Made by a program: the position numbers and the translations under genes. Of a stretch of 64,000 nucleotides of DNA, positions 1 through 13,020 are shown piece after piece. Position 1 is the stretch's first letter. Every line of letters starts with the position of its first letter. The notes under the pieces are model-generated. The model worked only from the letters and a program-made list of their open reading frames with translations. It searched no databases and had not been told where the DNA came from. Location: positions 1 through 64,000 of the forward strand of contig NIVC01000625.1 of NCBI GenBank assembly GCA_002269645.1, written 5' to 3'. This DNA comes from Macrostomum lignano (lineage: Eukaryota).

Positions 1-236
1 ACAATATTTACTCTTAAGCAACTTATAAAAGTTCCAATCCAATAATAAAACTGTATAATTTAGTTAGAGTTTAGTAATTATTGCAGAAATGGCTAAAAAC
101 TTGATTAGCTGCTTTGACAGATAATTGGCTGTTTATAAATATTTATCCATACAATTATAATTACAAATTCAAGCTACAAAAAATCAATTTAAAAAACCTT
201 TCTGGATTACAAATCCATGCTTTGCAGCAAAAAGCC

Positions 237-3066
237 ATGTATTACTTGAGGATCCTATTCTCATTGGTGTTTCCTTTCTTTGTTGCCAAGGCTGGGTTAA
301 AGAAGAAATCGCTATCTATTTCTGGAGCATTGCTAGGTGAGCTGAGTTGTGCTGAGAGTCTAAGAGTCTTAGTGGAAAAAACAAAGCTGAAAAACGCCAA
401 TCTCACTAGGATAGTTCTGGAATGCAAGTTGCAGACTTACAAGGGGAGGCTGCAATTGCCAGAGGCAGCTGCTGTGAAGCACTGCAGCCTTCCAGCACCA
501 AGGCCTTGGTCTGTCAGTCAGTTGGCAATCTGCAGGCCTCAGAGCCTCCCCACCTACTGTTTCAGGCTATGCCATTGGCGCCCTGCTGGCCTACGCCAAC
601 GCTTGCTATGTGGCAGCCCTGCTGGCCTTCTTCGCCTCCGGCTCCTATGTGACCGCCTGGGCGCCCATCGAAGGTCCGTCTGGAGGCCGACTTTGAGCAG
701 GGCGCGCAGCGCAACTGGATACAGGTGTGTGGGCCTGAGTTATTTGTTGCCATGAAACCGGCTCCCTAAGCCTTAACAAATTATCACGATATTCGCTGAG
801 CTTACGTTCCATCCTTGGAGCAAAGGATCGCACGTGGCAGAGTGGCCTGACCTCTCTCCTGAATTCATCCCGGACTGCCCGACTTCCCCCTCCCTTCACG
901 CAGGTCCTCTGCAACGGCCTTGCCGCGGCCCTGTGCGCCGTCGCCTACCTCGCCTTCGCCTCGCCTCCGCGACCCGAGCTGCCAATCGACCTCGCCCGCT
1001 ACCCGTCGCCTTCTTACGTCTCCCTGGCCCTGCTGGCCGCCCTGGCCGCCTGCTGCGGCGACACCTGGGCCTCCGAGGTCGGCGCCGCTTTCGCCTGGGG
1101 CCAGCCGCGCCTCATCATCGGCCTTCGCCGAGTCCCGCCGGGCACCAACGGCGGCGTCTCCCTGGTCGGAACGGCGGCCAGCTGCGCCGGCGGCGGTATT
1201 GTTGGCCTCGCCTACTGGCTGGCCGTCTGCGCCGCCGTGCCCGCCGACGACCTGATAGCCGCGCCGCCACAGCTGCCGCTCCTGCTGGCCGCCGGTGCCG
1301 CCGCCGGCTTCATCGGCTCGCTGGTGGACTCCCTGCTGGGCGCCACCCTGCAGTACTCAGGTGAGTTTAGCTCAGCTGAGATCTGGTGTATTACCTGTCT
1401 GCTCATCTCCTTGGCCACCTCGCACCACAGAATATACACAGAATGCGGATTCGAGCATTTTTGTTTAAAAAATCGGTGCAAGAATTGAAATTACACCAGC
1501 CTACTCTTGTTGTGAAGCTTTGATAAGTAGGGCTTGAGTTTTTGCCATAGACTATTCTAAGAGCGACTTTTATTCTTTGCTTTCAAATGAAAACTAAGTT
1601 CAGTGTGAGCTTTTCTGCGCAGCATGGCTGGAAAATCCACTGTCAACCACTTGTTGGGCTGTCTATCGCAGACCAACAGCAACTGCGAGAACGATGGCAG
1701 CACCTTGCTGACGAGTTTCAGGCCAAAGTAACAGCAAGTGCAAGTGCGCCCAGTCCTGGTCCGCAGGGCGATGGTCTGATTTCAGCAGACTCCACTGAGG
1801 AAGCTCAAGACCTGCCTGCTGGCACAGTTGGCTGGATCATTCCCAACAAGGCAGTATATCTGCAGTCTGTCAGATGGAGCGCTCCTTCACGACAACGGAC
1901 AAAGAGTTGTTCGTTCTGAAGGACGTGAGCAAACGGCTTCAGGAAAAGTTCTTTCCCATTGTTCTTGCAAATATTCAGACGCACAGCTCGGATCACGGCG
2001 AACGCTGTGCTAAGGCAATGGCTAAGTTGTTTGCCAGACTTCGCCTGCATCACTGGTGCAACAGCCAGAGGACGCTCGCTCAGCAGAGAAAGCGGGGGCG
2101 TACGACAGGAATAAAGAGAGCTGAAGAGAGGAAGAAGCTGATGCGATTAAATGCTGTTTAACTGTTGTTTGTTGATGATGCGAATGAATTCTGCTTAACT
2201 GGAGTTCTTCAAAGTGTTTGGTTTGTTTAGATGATAAAATACGAAAAAATTATACAATTTTACACTTGGTCCTCCAGGTTACTTATTATTCTTCGCTAAT
2301 TTATACTACTAGCTATAGACTTCACAACAAGAGTAGTGCACACGAATTTTAATTCGGCTTCATTGAAATCGCTCGATTTGGCATTCTGTGTATATTCTGT
2401 GCCTCGCACCCTTGACATCCTCATTGGCGCCCCTTGACATCCTCATTGGCGCCCCTTGACATCCTCATTGGCGCCCCTTGACATCCTCATTGGCGCCCCT
2501 TGACATCCTCATTATCGCCCCTTGACATCCTCATTGGCGCCCCTTGACATCCTCATTGGCGCCCCTTGACATCCTCATTGGCGCCCCTTGACATCCTCAT
2601 TGGCGCCCCTTGACATCCTCATTGGCGCCCCTTGACATCCTCATTGGCGCCCCTTGACATCCTCATTGGCGCCCCTTGACATCCTCATTATCGCCCCTTG
2701 ACATCCTCATTAGCGTCCCTTGACATCCTCATTAGCGTCCCTTGGCACCTCATTGTTGGCCCTTGGCACCTCATTGTTGGCCCTTGACATCCTCATTGGC
2801 GCCCCTTGACATCCTCATTAGCGCCCTTTGGCACCTCATTAGCGCCCCTTGGCACCCATTGTTGGCCCTTGGCATTCAGTGGCGCCCTTCGCTTCCCAGG
2901 CTTCGACATCGACACGGGGCTGGTGACGGAGCACCCCGGGCCGCGAATCCGCCACATCAGCGGCTGCCGGGTGCTGAACAATCACCTGGTTAACCTGCTG
3001 TCATCCGTTATCACCTGCCTGCTGCTGCCCCGACTGGCTTTGGCAGCGACGCCTTGGCTGCTGTGA
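237..3066 (+). CDS. TMEM19: Transmembrane protein 19 (DUF92 family); 4 coding exons 237-336, 566-724, 904-1360, 2900-3066; one frameshift in exon 2
   Basis: Spliced translation gives GLKKKSLSISGALL/GYAIGALLAYAN...LEADFEQGAQRNWIQ/VLCNG...CCGDTWASEVG...VPPGTNGGVS...GSLVDSLLGATLQYS/GFD...LNNHLVNLLSS. All are hallmark TMEM19 motifs. GT-AG introns are phase-compatible. The reading frame shifts between about 653 and 694. Confidence 0.9.
1690..2161 (+). mobile_element. Degenerate P-element/THAP9-like transposase C-terminal fragment inside TMEM19 intron 3
   Basis: Frameshifted reading GWIIPNKAV/SAVCQMERSF...KLFARLRLHHWCN...RKKLMRL resembles the GxLxxPS...ExxF and xRxHH...RKxxKL C-terminal motifs of P-type transposases (recalled family pattern). 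No TIRs found. Confidence 0.45.
2409..2880. repeat. 22-bp minisatellite (CTTGACATCCTCATTGGCGCCC) in TMEM19 intron 3, ending just before the acceptor
   Basis: About 20 direct copies with period 22 (2411, 2433, 2455...). Confidence 0.95.
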
Positions 3067-3371
3067 GCACCTGCCGGTGTCAATCCAGGGCTCCTGATCA
3101 CTGATTTCCAGCTGTTCTGTACATGCCTAATTGCCGCCACTGATATAATCCGCTATACTAAGAATAAAGCCAACTTTGCCAGATAATTCCGTATCTTGAT
3201 GATAAAATTCAACTGCCATTGGTTTCCAAATATACTGCTGCATTTTTAATGGGAGTAAGTTTACAAGAGTGAATGATGACTGTTTGTTTGATTCTTTTGT
3301 TAGGGAACAATTGGCAAGCTTTGTTGCTCCTTTATAGTTTTAGATTTATTCTAAGTTATACTAGTTATAGC

Positions 3372-3900
3372 CAGTGTGACACAGCCATTAGTGTAATACT
3401 GTCATTAGTCACACAGCCATTAGTGTAATACTGTCATTAGTCACACAGCCATTAGTGTAATACTGTCATTAGTATCACACAGCCATTAGTGTGACTCTGT
3501 CATTAGTATCACACAGCTATTAATGTGACACTGTCATTAGTATCACACAGCCATTAGTGTGACACTGTTATTAGTATCACACAGCCATTAGTGTGACACT
3601 GTCATTAGTATCACACAGCCATTAGTGTGACACTGTCATTAGTATCACGCAGACATTAGTGTGACACTGTTATTAGTATCACACAGCCATTAGTGTGACA
3701 CTGTCATTAGTATCACACAGCCATTAGTGTGACACTGTCATTAGTATCACACAGCCATTAGTGTGACACTGTCATTAGTATCACGCACCCATTAGTGTGA
3801 CACTGTCATTAGTATCATACAGCCAGTATCACACAGCCAGTATCACACAGTCAGTATCACACAGTCAGTATCACATAGCCAGTATCACACAGCCAGTGTC
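3372..3900. repeat. 34-bp minisatellite (TATCACACAGCCATTAGTGTGACACTGTCATTAG) upstream of LIG3
   Basis: Period 34 (3541, 3575...), decaying into shorter units near 3900. Confidence 0.92.
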
Positions 3901-4010
3901 GCATATTAATCATACAACACTGGCCTCATCCCTGTCCCCCCCCCCTCTCAGCGCATTGTCCCGTCCGCGGCCGCCAGCAGCGCCCCATCAGCGAAAGCAG
4001 CAACCAGGCA

Positions 4011-5509
4011 ATGTCGAACGTCGGCAGCTTCGGCTGCGAGTACGCCAAGCGCGGCACGGCCGGCTGCAAGCAGTGCAAGCAGAAGATTGACAAGGACACC
4101 CTGCGCCTCTGCAAGGTGGCCGCCAACCCGTTCTCGTCCGAGGGCGGCGAGATGAAGATGTGGTACCACGCCGGCTGCCTGTTCTCCACGTTCGAGCGGG
4201 CCCGCGCCACCACGCGGGTTGTGGAGTCGCTGGACGATTTGGACGGCGCCGAATCGCTGCAGGACGCCGACAAGAAGCTGCTGCAGCGCCTCATCGACGA
4301 TCTCGCCGAGAAGCGGCGCAACAAAGCGGCCGGCGGCGCCAGGGCGTCACCGAAGAAGCTGGTGCAGACCACCCTGCCCGTCAGCCCCGCTGGCAAGGCC
4401 TCCGCCGGAGCCTCCGCTGCCGCCTCCTCTGCCGCCGCCTCTGCCGCCGCCTCGACCTTGCCAACTCGAGCGCCGCTGTCGATGGCCGGTCCAGGCGACT
4501 CGCCCGAAGACGCTGCCAAGGACAACGCGTTTCGCACCTTCCGCAAACTCGTGGCCGAAATTGCAGACCGGCCGGGCTATTCGGACAAGACCCGGGTGCT
4601 GGCCGAGTTTCTAGCCAAGTAAAATGGCCTGACTCTGGTGCTTCCCTCTGGCTGCTTCTTAGTCAACCCAGTGTCTCCCAGTGAGTCACTGCTGACCCAC
4701 CCAAGTGTCCCCAGTGAGTCACTGCTGACCCACCCCAGTGTCCCCCAGTGAGTCACTGCTGACCCACCCCAGTGTCCCCCAGTGAGTCACTGCTGACCCA
4801 CCCCAGTGTCCCCCAGTGAGTCACTGCTGACCCACCCCAGTGTCCCCCAGTGAGTCACTGCTGACCCACCCCAGTGTCCCCCGGTGAGTCACTGCTGACC
4901 CACCCCAGTGTCCTTCAGTGAGTCACTGCTGACCCACCCCAGTGTCCTTCAGTGAGTCACTGCTGACCCACCCCAGTGTCCTTCAGTGAGTCACTGCTGA
5001 CCCATCCCAGCTAAGCCATCAACTCTGCCGCGCCAAATTTTTTCGCAGAGGCTCCACGGGCGGCGGCTTCAAAGGCGACCTGAGCCTGCTAATTCGCCTG
5101 CTGCTGCCGGGCGTTGAACGCCGCGTCTACAACGTGAAGGATCGCCAGCTGCTGAAGATCTTCAGCGGCATCCTCGGCGCGCCCATTGACGCGATGCAGG
5201 TGGAGAGACCGGCTCCCGCGTTTTCTGGTGCAGCTGGCAATCCAAGCCGCTCGCGGTTGACTGAGTCGCCCGTCCTCCCTCAAATGTCTTTCAGGAACTG
5301 CTCAACTCCAATGGCGACATCGCCGAGACAGTCGGCATCGAGTTCGACAAGCGGGGCAGCGGCGCCGCCAAGAGCAGTCTGAGTATGCAGGAGGTGGACG
5401 CCTTCCTGGACCGGCTGGCCGGCCTTAGCCGCGAGGACGACCAGGGCGCCGCCTTCAAGCAGCTGGCCGCCAAGTGAGACAGATAGATAGTTAGACAGAC
5501 AGACAGACA

Positions 5510-5542
<33 letters not shown>

Positions 5543-5604
5543 ACAGACAGACAGACAGACAGACAGAAAGGCAGGCAGACAGACAGACAGACAGAAAGGC
5601 AGGC

Positions 5605-5682
<78 letters not shown>

Positions 5683-8277
5683 ACAGACAGACAGACAGAC
5701 AGAAAGGCAGGCAGACAGACAGACAGACAGAAAGGCAGGCAGACAGACAGACAGGCAGGCAGGCAGAAAGGCAGGCAGGCAGGCAGACAGACGCATAGCA
5801 GTCCCATCACTGTGTCACAGCAGCCAACTGCTCCCCTCCACCCAGGTGCACCGGCAACGACCTGCGCATGGTGCTGCGTCTGGTGCGCCACGACTTGCGC
5901 ATGAACGCCGGTTCCAAGCACATCCTGGACGCCATCGACCCCAACGCTTACGCGGCCTTCCAGGCCTCCAGGAACCTGCACGACGTGCTCCAGCGAGCCC
6001 TGGCCGCCAAGGCCAGCCCCGTGAAGCGAAACCTCAGCGTCCGGGCCGCTCTCATGACGCCCGTCCTGCCAATGCTGGCCGAGGCCTGCCGCTCCGTTGA
6101 ACACGTGAGATTTGATTTGAGTCACACTGGCAGCTGTGTGATGGCTGAGATCTGTGAGATGTGAGATTTGAGTCACACTGGCAGCTGTGTGATGGCTGAG
6201 ATCAGTGAGATCAGCTGAGATCGGCGCTCACCCCTCCCTCAGGCCATGCGCCGCTGCCCGAACGGGTTCTACGCGGAGATCAAGTACGATGGAGAGCGGG
6301 TGCAGGTGCACAAGCAGGGCCAGCAGTTCTCCTACTTCAGCCGCTCGCTCAAGCCTGTGCAGCCGCACAAGGTAAGTAGCCAGGTATTTGTCAAGTACTT
6401 GCGTGTCAGTCACTGCCAGCCCCTGCAAGCCGAACTGCTATCCCCATTCTCCAACTCGCAGGTGGCCCACCTGAAGGAGTTCATTCCGCGCGCCTTCCCC
6501 GGCGGCGACAATCTGATTGTGGACGCCGAGGTGCTGCTCATGGACACCAAGACCGACAAGCCGCTGCCGTTTGGCACCCTCGGCGTGCACAAAAAGGAGG
6601 CCTTTAAAGATGCCACCGTCTGTCTGTTTGTGTTCGACTGTCTGCAGTTTAACAATGACAATCTGATGCTGCGGCCTCTGAAGGAACGGAGAGAGGTGCG
6701 TTGGATACAAAGCTTTGCTTCTCTTCTACTAAGTACTCGCGTACGTAAGCTTTCGTGTGCTTAGGTACTCGCGTACGTAAGTTTTCCTGTACTCAAGTAC
6801 TTGCGTACGTAAGTTCTCGTGTGCGTAAGTACATGTACTCGCGTACATAAGTTTTTCTGTACTCAAGTACTTGCGTACGTAAGTTCTCGTGTGCGTAAGT
6901 ACATGTACTCGCGTACATAAGTTTTTCTGTACTCAAGTACTTGCGTACGTAAGTTATCGCGTACGTAAGTTCTCGTGTACTTAAGTACTTGCGTACGTAA
7001 GTTCTCATGTACTTAAGTACTCGCATACTAAAGCTCTTGAGTACTTTTACGATTAAATAGTATCTGTCGGATCACTTGCAACCAGGTTCTGGAGCGCAGC
7101 ATGCAGGAGGTGAAGCATCGAGTCCACCTGTCTGAGGCCGAGCTCATCCGCAGTCCGGCGCCTCTGGAACGCCTGCTGAAGCGCGTCTTCAACGAGGGTC
7201 TCGAAGGCCTGGTGCTGAAGTCGTTGGACGGCGTCTACGAGCCCGGCAAGCGGCACTGGCTGAAGATGAAGAAGGACTACCTGCACGACGGAGCCATGGC
7301 GGACTCCGCCGACCTGGTGGTGCTGGGCGGCTACTACGGCACCGGCAGCAAAGGCGGCCAGCTGTCCATCTTCCTCATGGGCTGCCACGACGGCGAGGGC
7401 ACCTGGCGAACCGTCTGCAAGTGTGCCAACGGCTTCGATGATGCCACGGTGGCCAAACTGCAGAAGTCCATCGACTGGGTCAAGTGAGCTGATGGTCTTT
7501 GTTGTGAATGCCAGCTGGTCACGTGATCAGTGATTCCAGACCCATACCGGGAGCTGCTACCTGGTCACGTGATCAATGATCCCAGTAATGGTCCGTGACG
7601 CGGCTTTGCCCCTCCCCCGCAGGTACGACCGCCGCTCGCCGCCCAGCTGGCTTCGCTGCAGCAGCGGCCTCCTGCCCGACTGCCTGGTGCGCGACCCGAA
7701 GGCCTCCCCGGTGTGGGAGATCACTGGCGCCGAGTTCTCGCACTCCTCGCAGCACACGACCGGCGGCGTTGGCATCCGGTTTCCCCGGGTCACAAAGGTC
7801 CGCGACGACAAGACCTGGCGGGAGGCCACCAACCTCCAGAGGCTGCAGAAACTCGCCGCCGAGTCCAAGCGCTTCACTGGCGACGCCGGCGGCGATGGCG
7901 GCGACGACGATGACGAGGACGACGGCGAAGCTGCGGCCGCCCCGCCGCCGAAGAAGGCGCCAGCCGGCAGGAAGCTGGCGAAGTCGGCGGAGGCCTCGTC
8001 GTCGTCGCCGCCGAAGCGGCAGCGGCTGCAGCTGCCCGACGCGCTGAAGTCGGCACGGATCTGCTTCGCCGCCGAGGTGCTGCCGGCCGAACGGCGCGAA
8101 CTCGAGCGCCTCGTCTTCGCCTACGATGGCGACGTGGTTGACGAAGCGGCTGACGCCACCCACCTTGTGCGGCCGGACGGCGCCGCGGCCGGCGACTCGG
8201 CGCCCGGGGTGGCCGTTGGCAGCGTCAGCTGGCTCAGGCGGTGCCTGGCCGCGCGGCGGCTCCTGCCGGTCACGTGA
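4011..8277 (+). CDS. LIG3: DNA ligase III (PARP-type zinc finger, DNA-binding, adenylation, OB and BRCT domains); exons 4011-4618, 5049-5199, 5295-5473, 5846-6104, 6243-6371, 6462-6695, 7086-7483, 7623-8277
   Basis: Motifs EYAKRGTAGCKQC...WYHAGC (zf-PARP), EIKYDGERVQVHK (active-site Lys), EGLEGLVLK, YEPGKRHWLKMKKDYL and VWEITGAEFS...IRFPRV, plus a C-terminal BRCT-like segment. All introns are GT-AG with consistent phases. Confidence 0.97.
4672..5010. repeat. 33-34-bp minisatellite in LIG3 intron 1 (GTGAGTCACTGCTGACCCACCCCAGTGTCCCCCA)
   Basis: About 10 direct copies visible. Confidence 0.93.
5476..5790. repeat. (GACA)n/(GGCA)n microsatellite in LIG3 intron 3
   Basis: Direct reading. It explains the spurious CLSV-repeat ORFs. 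Confidence 0.97.
6730..7040. repeat. Palindrome-rich tandem repeat (AGTACT/TACGTA units) in LIG3 intron 6
   Basis: Recurrent GTACTTGCGTACGTAAGTT units. Confidence 0.85.
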
Positions 8278-8871
8278 CCCAGTAATTGTTAGACACCTGT
8301 GTAGACTATTTTAATTAACCCTTACTATGGTTTGCTGTCGTTTGCGTTGGCCTCTCTTTCCTGGGCTATTATTATTAATCCTTGCACCGCAGGCGTGCTC
8401 GAACCACCGCTGCTCTGTGACTCGTCTGTTTTATTTGTAGTTGAATTTTTTTTATTACTTTTTACTCTGTGTGTGTTGGCCAGTCCTTTATAAAGGAACT
8501 TTAATCAGCATAGCCGTACTACTCATTTTATTCATATAAGTAGTATGCATGTATATCGTGTATGCCAGTGCCTTTTTATTGTCGCTAAATGAGTAGACAG
8601 TTCTACTATAATCATCCAATAGCTTAATTCATTTCAACTCTGTCCATGACAAAGAATCTTTCTTAATTGGCTCTCGTGCACCAATTTCCAAATGTTAAAT
8701 ACAATTATTTATGTACTTTTATGTGCACAGACTCCTGCATCAGATTACATTCCGCACATTAAAAAGCAACTGACTTAGCGTCCGTTCTTCTTTCGTCTTT
8801 TTCTTTCTGGGAGATTCCAAACGCCAGCTTAAGGGCACGACCCGATTTTGTTCGAGTTTTGTTTCCATCTT

Positions 8872-9790
8872 CACATTCAGTAACACGTGTGAGAGGCCTT
8901 ACCGCAGCTTCACACTCTCAGTCACACGGGTGAGAGGCCTTACCGCAGATTCACACTCTCAGTCACACGGGTGAGAGGCCTTACCGCAGATTCACACTCT
9001 CAGTAACACGTGTGAGAGGCCTTACCGCAGCTTCACACTCTCAGTCACACGGGTGAGAGGCCTTACCGCAGATTCACACTCTCAGTCACACGGGTGAGAG
9101 GCCTTACCGCAGATTCACACTCTCAGTAACACGTGTGAGAGGCCTTACCGCAGCTTCACACTCTCAGTCACACGTGTGAGAGGCCTTACCGCAGCTTCAC
9201 ACTCTCAGTCACACGGGTGAGAGGCCTTACCGCAGCTTCACACTCTCAGTCACACGGGTGAGAGGCCTTACCGCAGCTTCACACTCTCAATCACACGGGT
9301 GAGAGGCCTTACCGCAGATTCACACTCTCAGTCACACGGGTGAGAGGCCTTACCGCAGCTTCACACTCTCAGTCACACGGGTGAGAGGCCTTACCGCAGA
9401 TTCACACTCTCAGTAACACGTGTGAGAGGCCTTACCGCAGCTTCACACTCTCAGTCACACGTGTGAGAGGCCTTACCGCAGCTTCACACTCTCAGTCACA
9501 CGGGTGAGAGGCCTTACCGCAGCTTCACACTCTCAGTCACACGGGTGAGAGGCCTTACCGCAGCTTCACACTCTCAATCACACGGGTGAGAGGCCTTACC
9601 GCAGATTCACACTCTCAGTCACACGGGTGAGAGGCCTTACCGCAGCTTCACACTCTCAGTCACACGGGTGAGAGGCCTTACCGCAGCTTCACACTCTCAG
9701 TCACACGGGTGAGAGGCCTTACCGCAGATTCACACTCTCAGTCACACGGGTGAGAGGCCTTACCGCAAATCAACACTCTCGCAGTCACAC
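8872..9790. repeat. 41-bp minisatellite between LIG3 and the CYP gene
   Basis: Unit TCACACTCTCAGTCACACGGGTGAGAGGCCTTACCGCAGCT, period 41, about 22 copies, with an internal CTCTCA/TGAGAG inverted repeat. Confidence 0.95.
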
Positions 9791-10228
9791 GTTTGCGAGT
9801 TTGCGACCGCAGATTCGAGCTGCGCCATCAGCGCAAGCTGCATTAGAGGCTGCACACAGGTGACAAGAAGAGACCTGCGAACTTTGCGGAATGAATACAG
9901 TTTTGCCTAGTCTTTCAAAATTAATTGCACTTGCAAAATGACATGTTTTGACTTGTACTTTTAATAGTGTGTGCTACAATAATTCATTCGGTGTTGCATC
10001 GTGAATATCGATTTCAAGGACCTTTAGAAGTTATTGTTGTATCATGGATTGTTGTATCATGGACGGTACAACGGTAACTTCCATATTCTGTGGTAACTTC
10101 TAGTGGTCCTTGATTAATCAATCAACTTATTTGTCGTCGGATTTAATATGCGGATACTAGCGAGGTCTATCTAATTTCTATGTCGATAAGCACTACTTTA
10201 ATTATATTCAAATTGAGCCACGTGCAGA

Positions 10229-12702
10229 TCACAGCCTGCGCTTGTGCACCACCAGGCTGTGGTCGCCGGGCGCGCGCACCACACCGTCGGGTCCCAGCAG
10301 GATTTCGTCCCGACGCAGCCGGCAGTCCTCGGTCGGCTCGAAGCGAAACTTCTGCAGCAGAGTGACGAAGAAGATGAACAGCTCCATGCGAGCCAGCGTC
10401 TCTCCCAGGCAGGCTCGCTTGCCGAGGCTGAAGGGAATGAGGTACTCGGAGGCCTTGTAGGTCCCGGTCTCGGGATCAATAAACCGATCCGGCTTGAACT
10501 CGTGCGGCTCAGGGAACAGCTCGGGGTCCATGTGGACTGAGTACAGGTTGGGCAGCACCAGACTGTCCGGTGAGATGGGCAGTCCGTCCAACTCCACCGC
10601 CTGCAGGTGAGACGATCGAGAATGGTTCGGGATGAGCGTTCACGGAGATTGTGCAGCATAAATACCAGCAACTCAGCTCGCCTCACCTCAGAGACTCGAT
10701 GCTCGACGCTCATCGGCACCAAATTAGCGATTCGCTGGGTCTCATCGAGGAATGCCTGCACTTTGTGCAGACCGCGCTTGTCCTTCATGCTGACCTCGCG
10801 CAAGCCGATGCTGGCGGCGATCTCGGCGTGACAGGCCTCCTGGTACTCCGGGTGAAAGCTGCAGTACAGCAGGGCCCAGCGCAGTGTTGTGGCGGTGGTC
10901 TCGCTGCCGGCCAGGTACAGGTCCAGCACAGTTCGCACCAGCTGCAGGTTGTCAAAACTGCCGACTCCCCCGGAAGCCTGTCGCAGCCGCTGCTCCTGCA
11001 GATAGGCCTCAACAAAGCAGCTGGGCTCGCTGGACTCATCGTAGTTGCGGTCAATAGCCTGGATTTTCTCCCGGCAGTGGTCCATGATCCACTTCTCGCT
11101 CTGTAGGTACCGCCCGGTGCTCGGCGCCAGAGCGGTTAGCCAGGCCGGCAGCTGGGGAAAGAAAAACATGAGCTCGGTGTCCAGGCCGGCTTGCGTCAGG
11201 GCCTTCGTGTGATGAAGGAAATTGTCCAGCTTGGGGTCCTCATATCCGCTGCGTTGGGCGAATACGAGACTGCCAATCACGTTCACTATGGCCTTCGTGA
11301 TGTGCACTGCAAACCACGGTGACTGATGTAATTTATGGCGAGGAAAATCCTGTAATTTGTGACATTATAAAAGTACTAAAGGCTCTTTCACACCAGCATC
11401 AAATCAAACCAATTTTTTAATGACCCACGGCCTCTACATATCGTTACTTTGTGCTGCATCAGCTGTGATTTGATAGCTGAAAATCCCTTTCTCAGAATAA
11501 GTGGCACGACCCTTTCTTCGAAAGCAGTTGGGCTTGTATAATTACCATTAATGTTAATCCATGTTAAGCTCAATAATAGAGTCCATTGAGTCCAGTCACC
11601 TTTGCTATGCAATCAATACTCGTTGTTATGCAATCAATACTCGTTGCTATGCAATCAATACTCGTTGCTATGCAATCAATACTCGTTGCTATGCAATCAA
11701 TACTCGTTGCTATGCAATCAATACTCGTTGCTATGCAATCAATACTCGTTGCTATGCAATCAATACTCGTTGCTATGCAATCAATACTCGTTGCTATGCA
11801 ATCAATACTCGTTGCTATGCAATCAATACTCGTTGCTATGCAATCAATACTCGTTGCTATGCAATCAATACTCGTTGCTATGCAATCAATACTCGTTGCT
11901 ATGCAATCAATACTCGTTGCTATGCAATCAATACTCGTTGCTATGCAATCAATACTCGTTGCTATGCAATCAATACTCGTTGCTATGCGATCAATACTCT
12001 GCTATGCAATCAATACTCTGCTATGCAATCAATACTCTGCTATGCAATCAATACTCTGCTATGCAATCAATACTCTGCTATGCAATCAATACTCGTTGCT
12101 ATGCAATCAATATACTCGTTGCTATGCAATGGGGCCCAAAGATTAAAACAAATTCGAAAATACAATTCCAGAAGTTTAGCAAAATCCTCACCATTCAAAT
12201 CCGTCTCCTGTCCGCTCAGGTCGCTCAGCTTTGCAGCGAGTTCTTGCGCCTCCGTCTGGATCTGCTGCTCCGAGAGGCTCCTGCCGAGGCCGAAGTCCCG
12301 CAGCACTCGCAGGGTGAAGCGGCGGTGCTCCAGCCACAGTGCACCTTCCGATAGCAAGAGGCCGCGGCCCTGGGCCATGACCTGGTAGAGAGGCTGGTTC
12401 GGCCGCTGCGAGAACTGGTCGGCCCGGCCTACCAGCGCCGCCTTGATCTGCTGGTAGCCGGAGATCAAGATGAACTCCTGCGTGCCGAGTACAACGGAGA
12501 TGACGTCACCGTAGGCTGCTCGCATTTCGTTCAAGAATCGATACCAACGGAAGCCCGGTTCGACAAAAGCTCTGTACAGCATGTAGGGCAGGCTGCCCAG
12601 GACAGGCAGGCCAATCGGACCGCGGCGCCGCAACCGCTGGAACAGGTGGCGGCCCAGCAGACCGGCCAGGAGGGCCGCGGCTAACGGTTTAACGATCTGC
12701 AT
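10229..12702 (-). CDS. Cytochrome P450, CYP2 clan; exons 12702-12192, 11306-10687, 10600-10229 (500 aa)
   Basis: N-terminal anchor followed by GPIGLPVLG, I-helix LYLAGSETTATT, ExxR (ETQR), KPDRF and heme motif PFSLGKRACLG. Spliced length is 1503 nt, in frame. Confidence 0.95.
11603..12128. repeat. 21-bp minisatellite (GTTGCTATGCAATCAATACTC) in CYP intron 1
   Basis: About 25 copies. It explains the AMQSILV-type ORFs. Confidence 0.96.
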
Positions 12703-12844
12703 GCGGAATAGTGAAGAGTCTGCAGGCAAGTTTGCTTAGAGAATTTGCTTCCAAGTTTCTGTAAAGAACTAAATACTGCTTTAGAGTCAACACTCGCGTG
12801 CATACCAGACATGAAGTGCAGTTTTTATTTGCACACTGCTACCT

Positions 12845-13020
12845 TCTTTCACACAGAGTGTACATTTGAACCTCCTCCCTGTCCCTTATCTTTCTGTCCT
12901 CCCCCTTTCACACAGAATGTACATTTGAACCCCCTCCCTGTCCCTTATCTTTCTGTCCTCCCCCTTTCACACAGAATGTACATTTGAACCCCCTCCCTGT
13001 CCCTTATCTTTCTGTCGTCC
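12845..13020. repeat. Three copies of a ~59-bp direct repeat upstream of the CYP gene
   Basis: TTTCACACAGAATGTACATTTGAACC...CCCTGTCCCTTATCTTTCTGTC occurs three times. Confidence 0.85.

Noticed and set aside
3952-4011. Ala/Ser/Arg-rich reading after the LIG3 upstream acceptor as a mitochondrial targeting peptide started by an SL AUG
   Set aside because: The distance to the ATG is 59 nt, so it is out of frame. It would need an unverified indel.
7510-8285. GGTCACGTGA (E-box/CLEAR-like palindrome) twice in LIG3 intron 7 and again at the stop codon
   Set aside because: Short motif in non-promoter positions. Chance or local duplication cannot be excluded.
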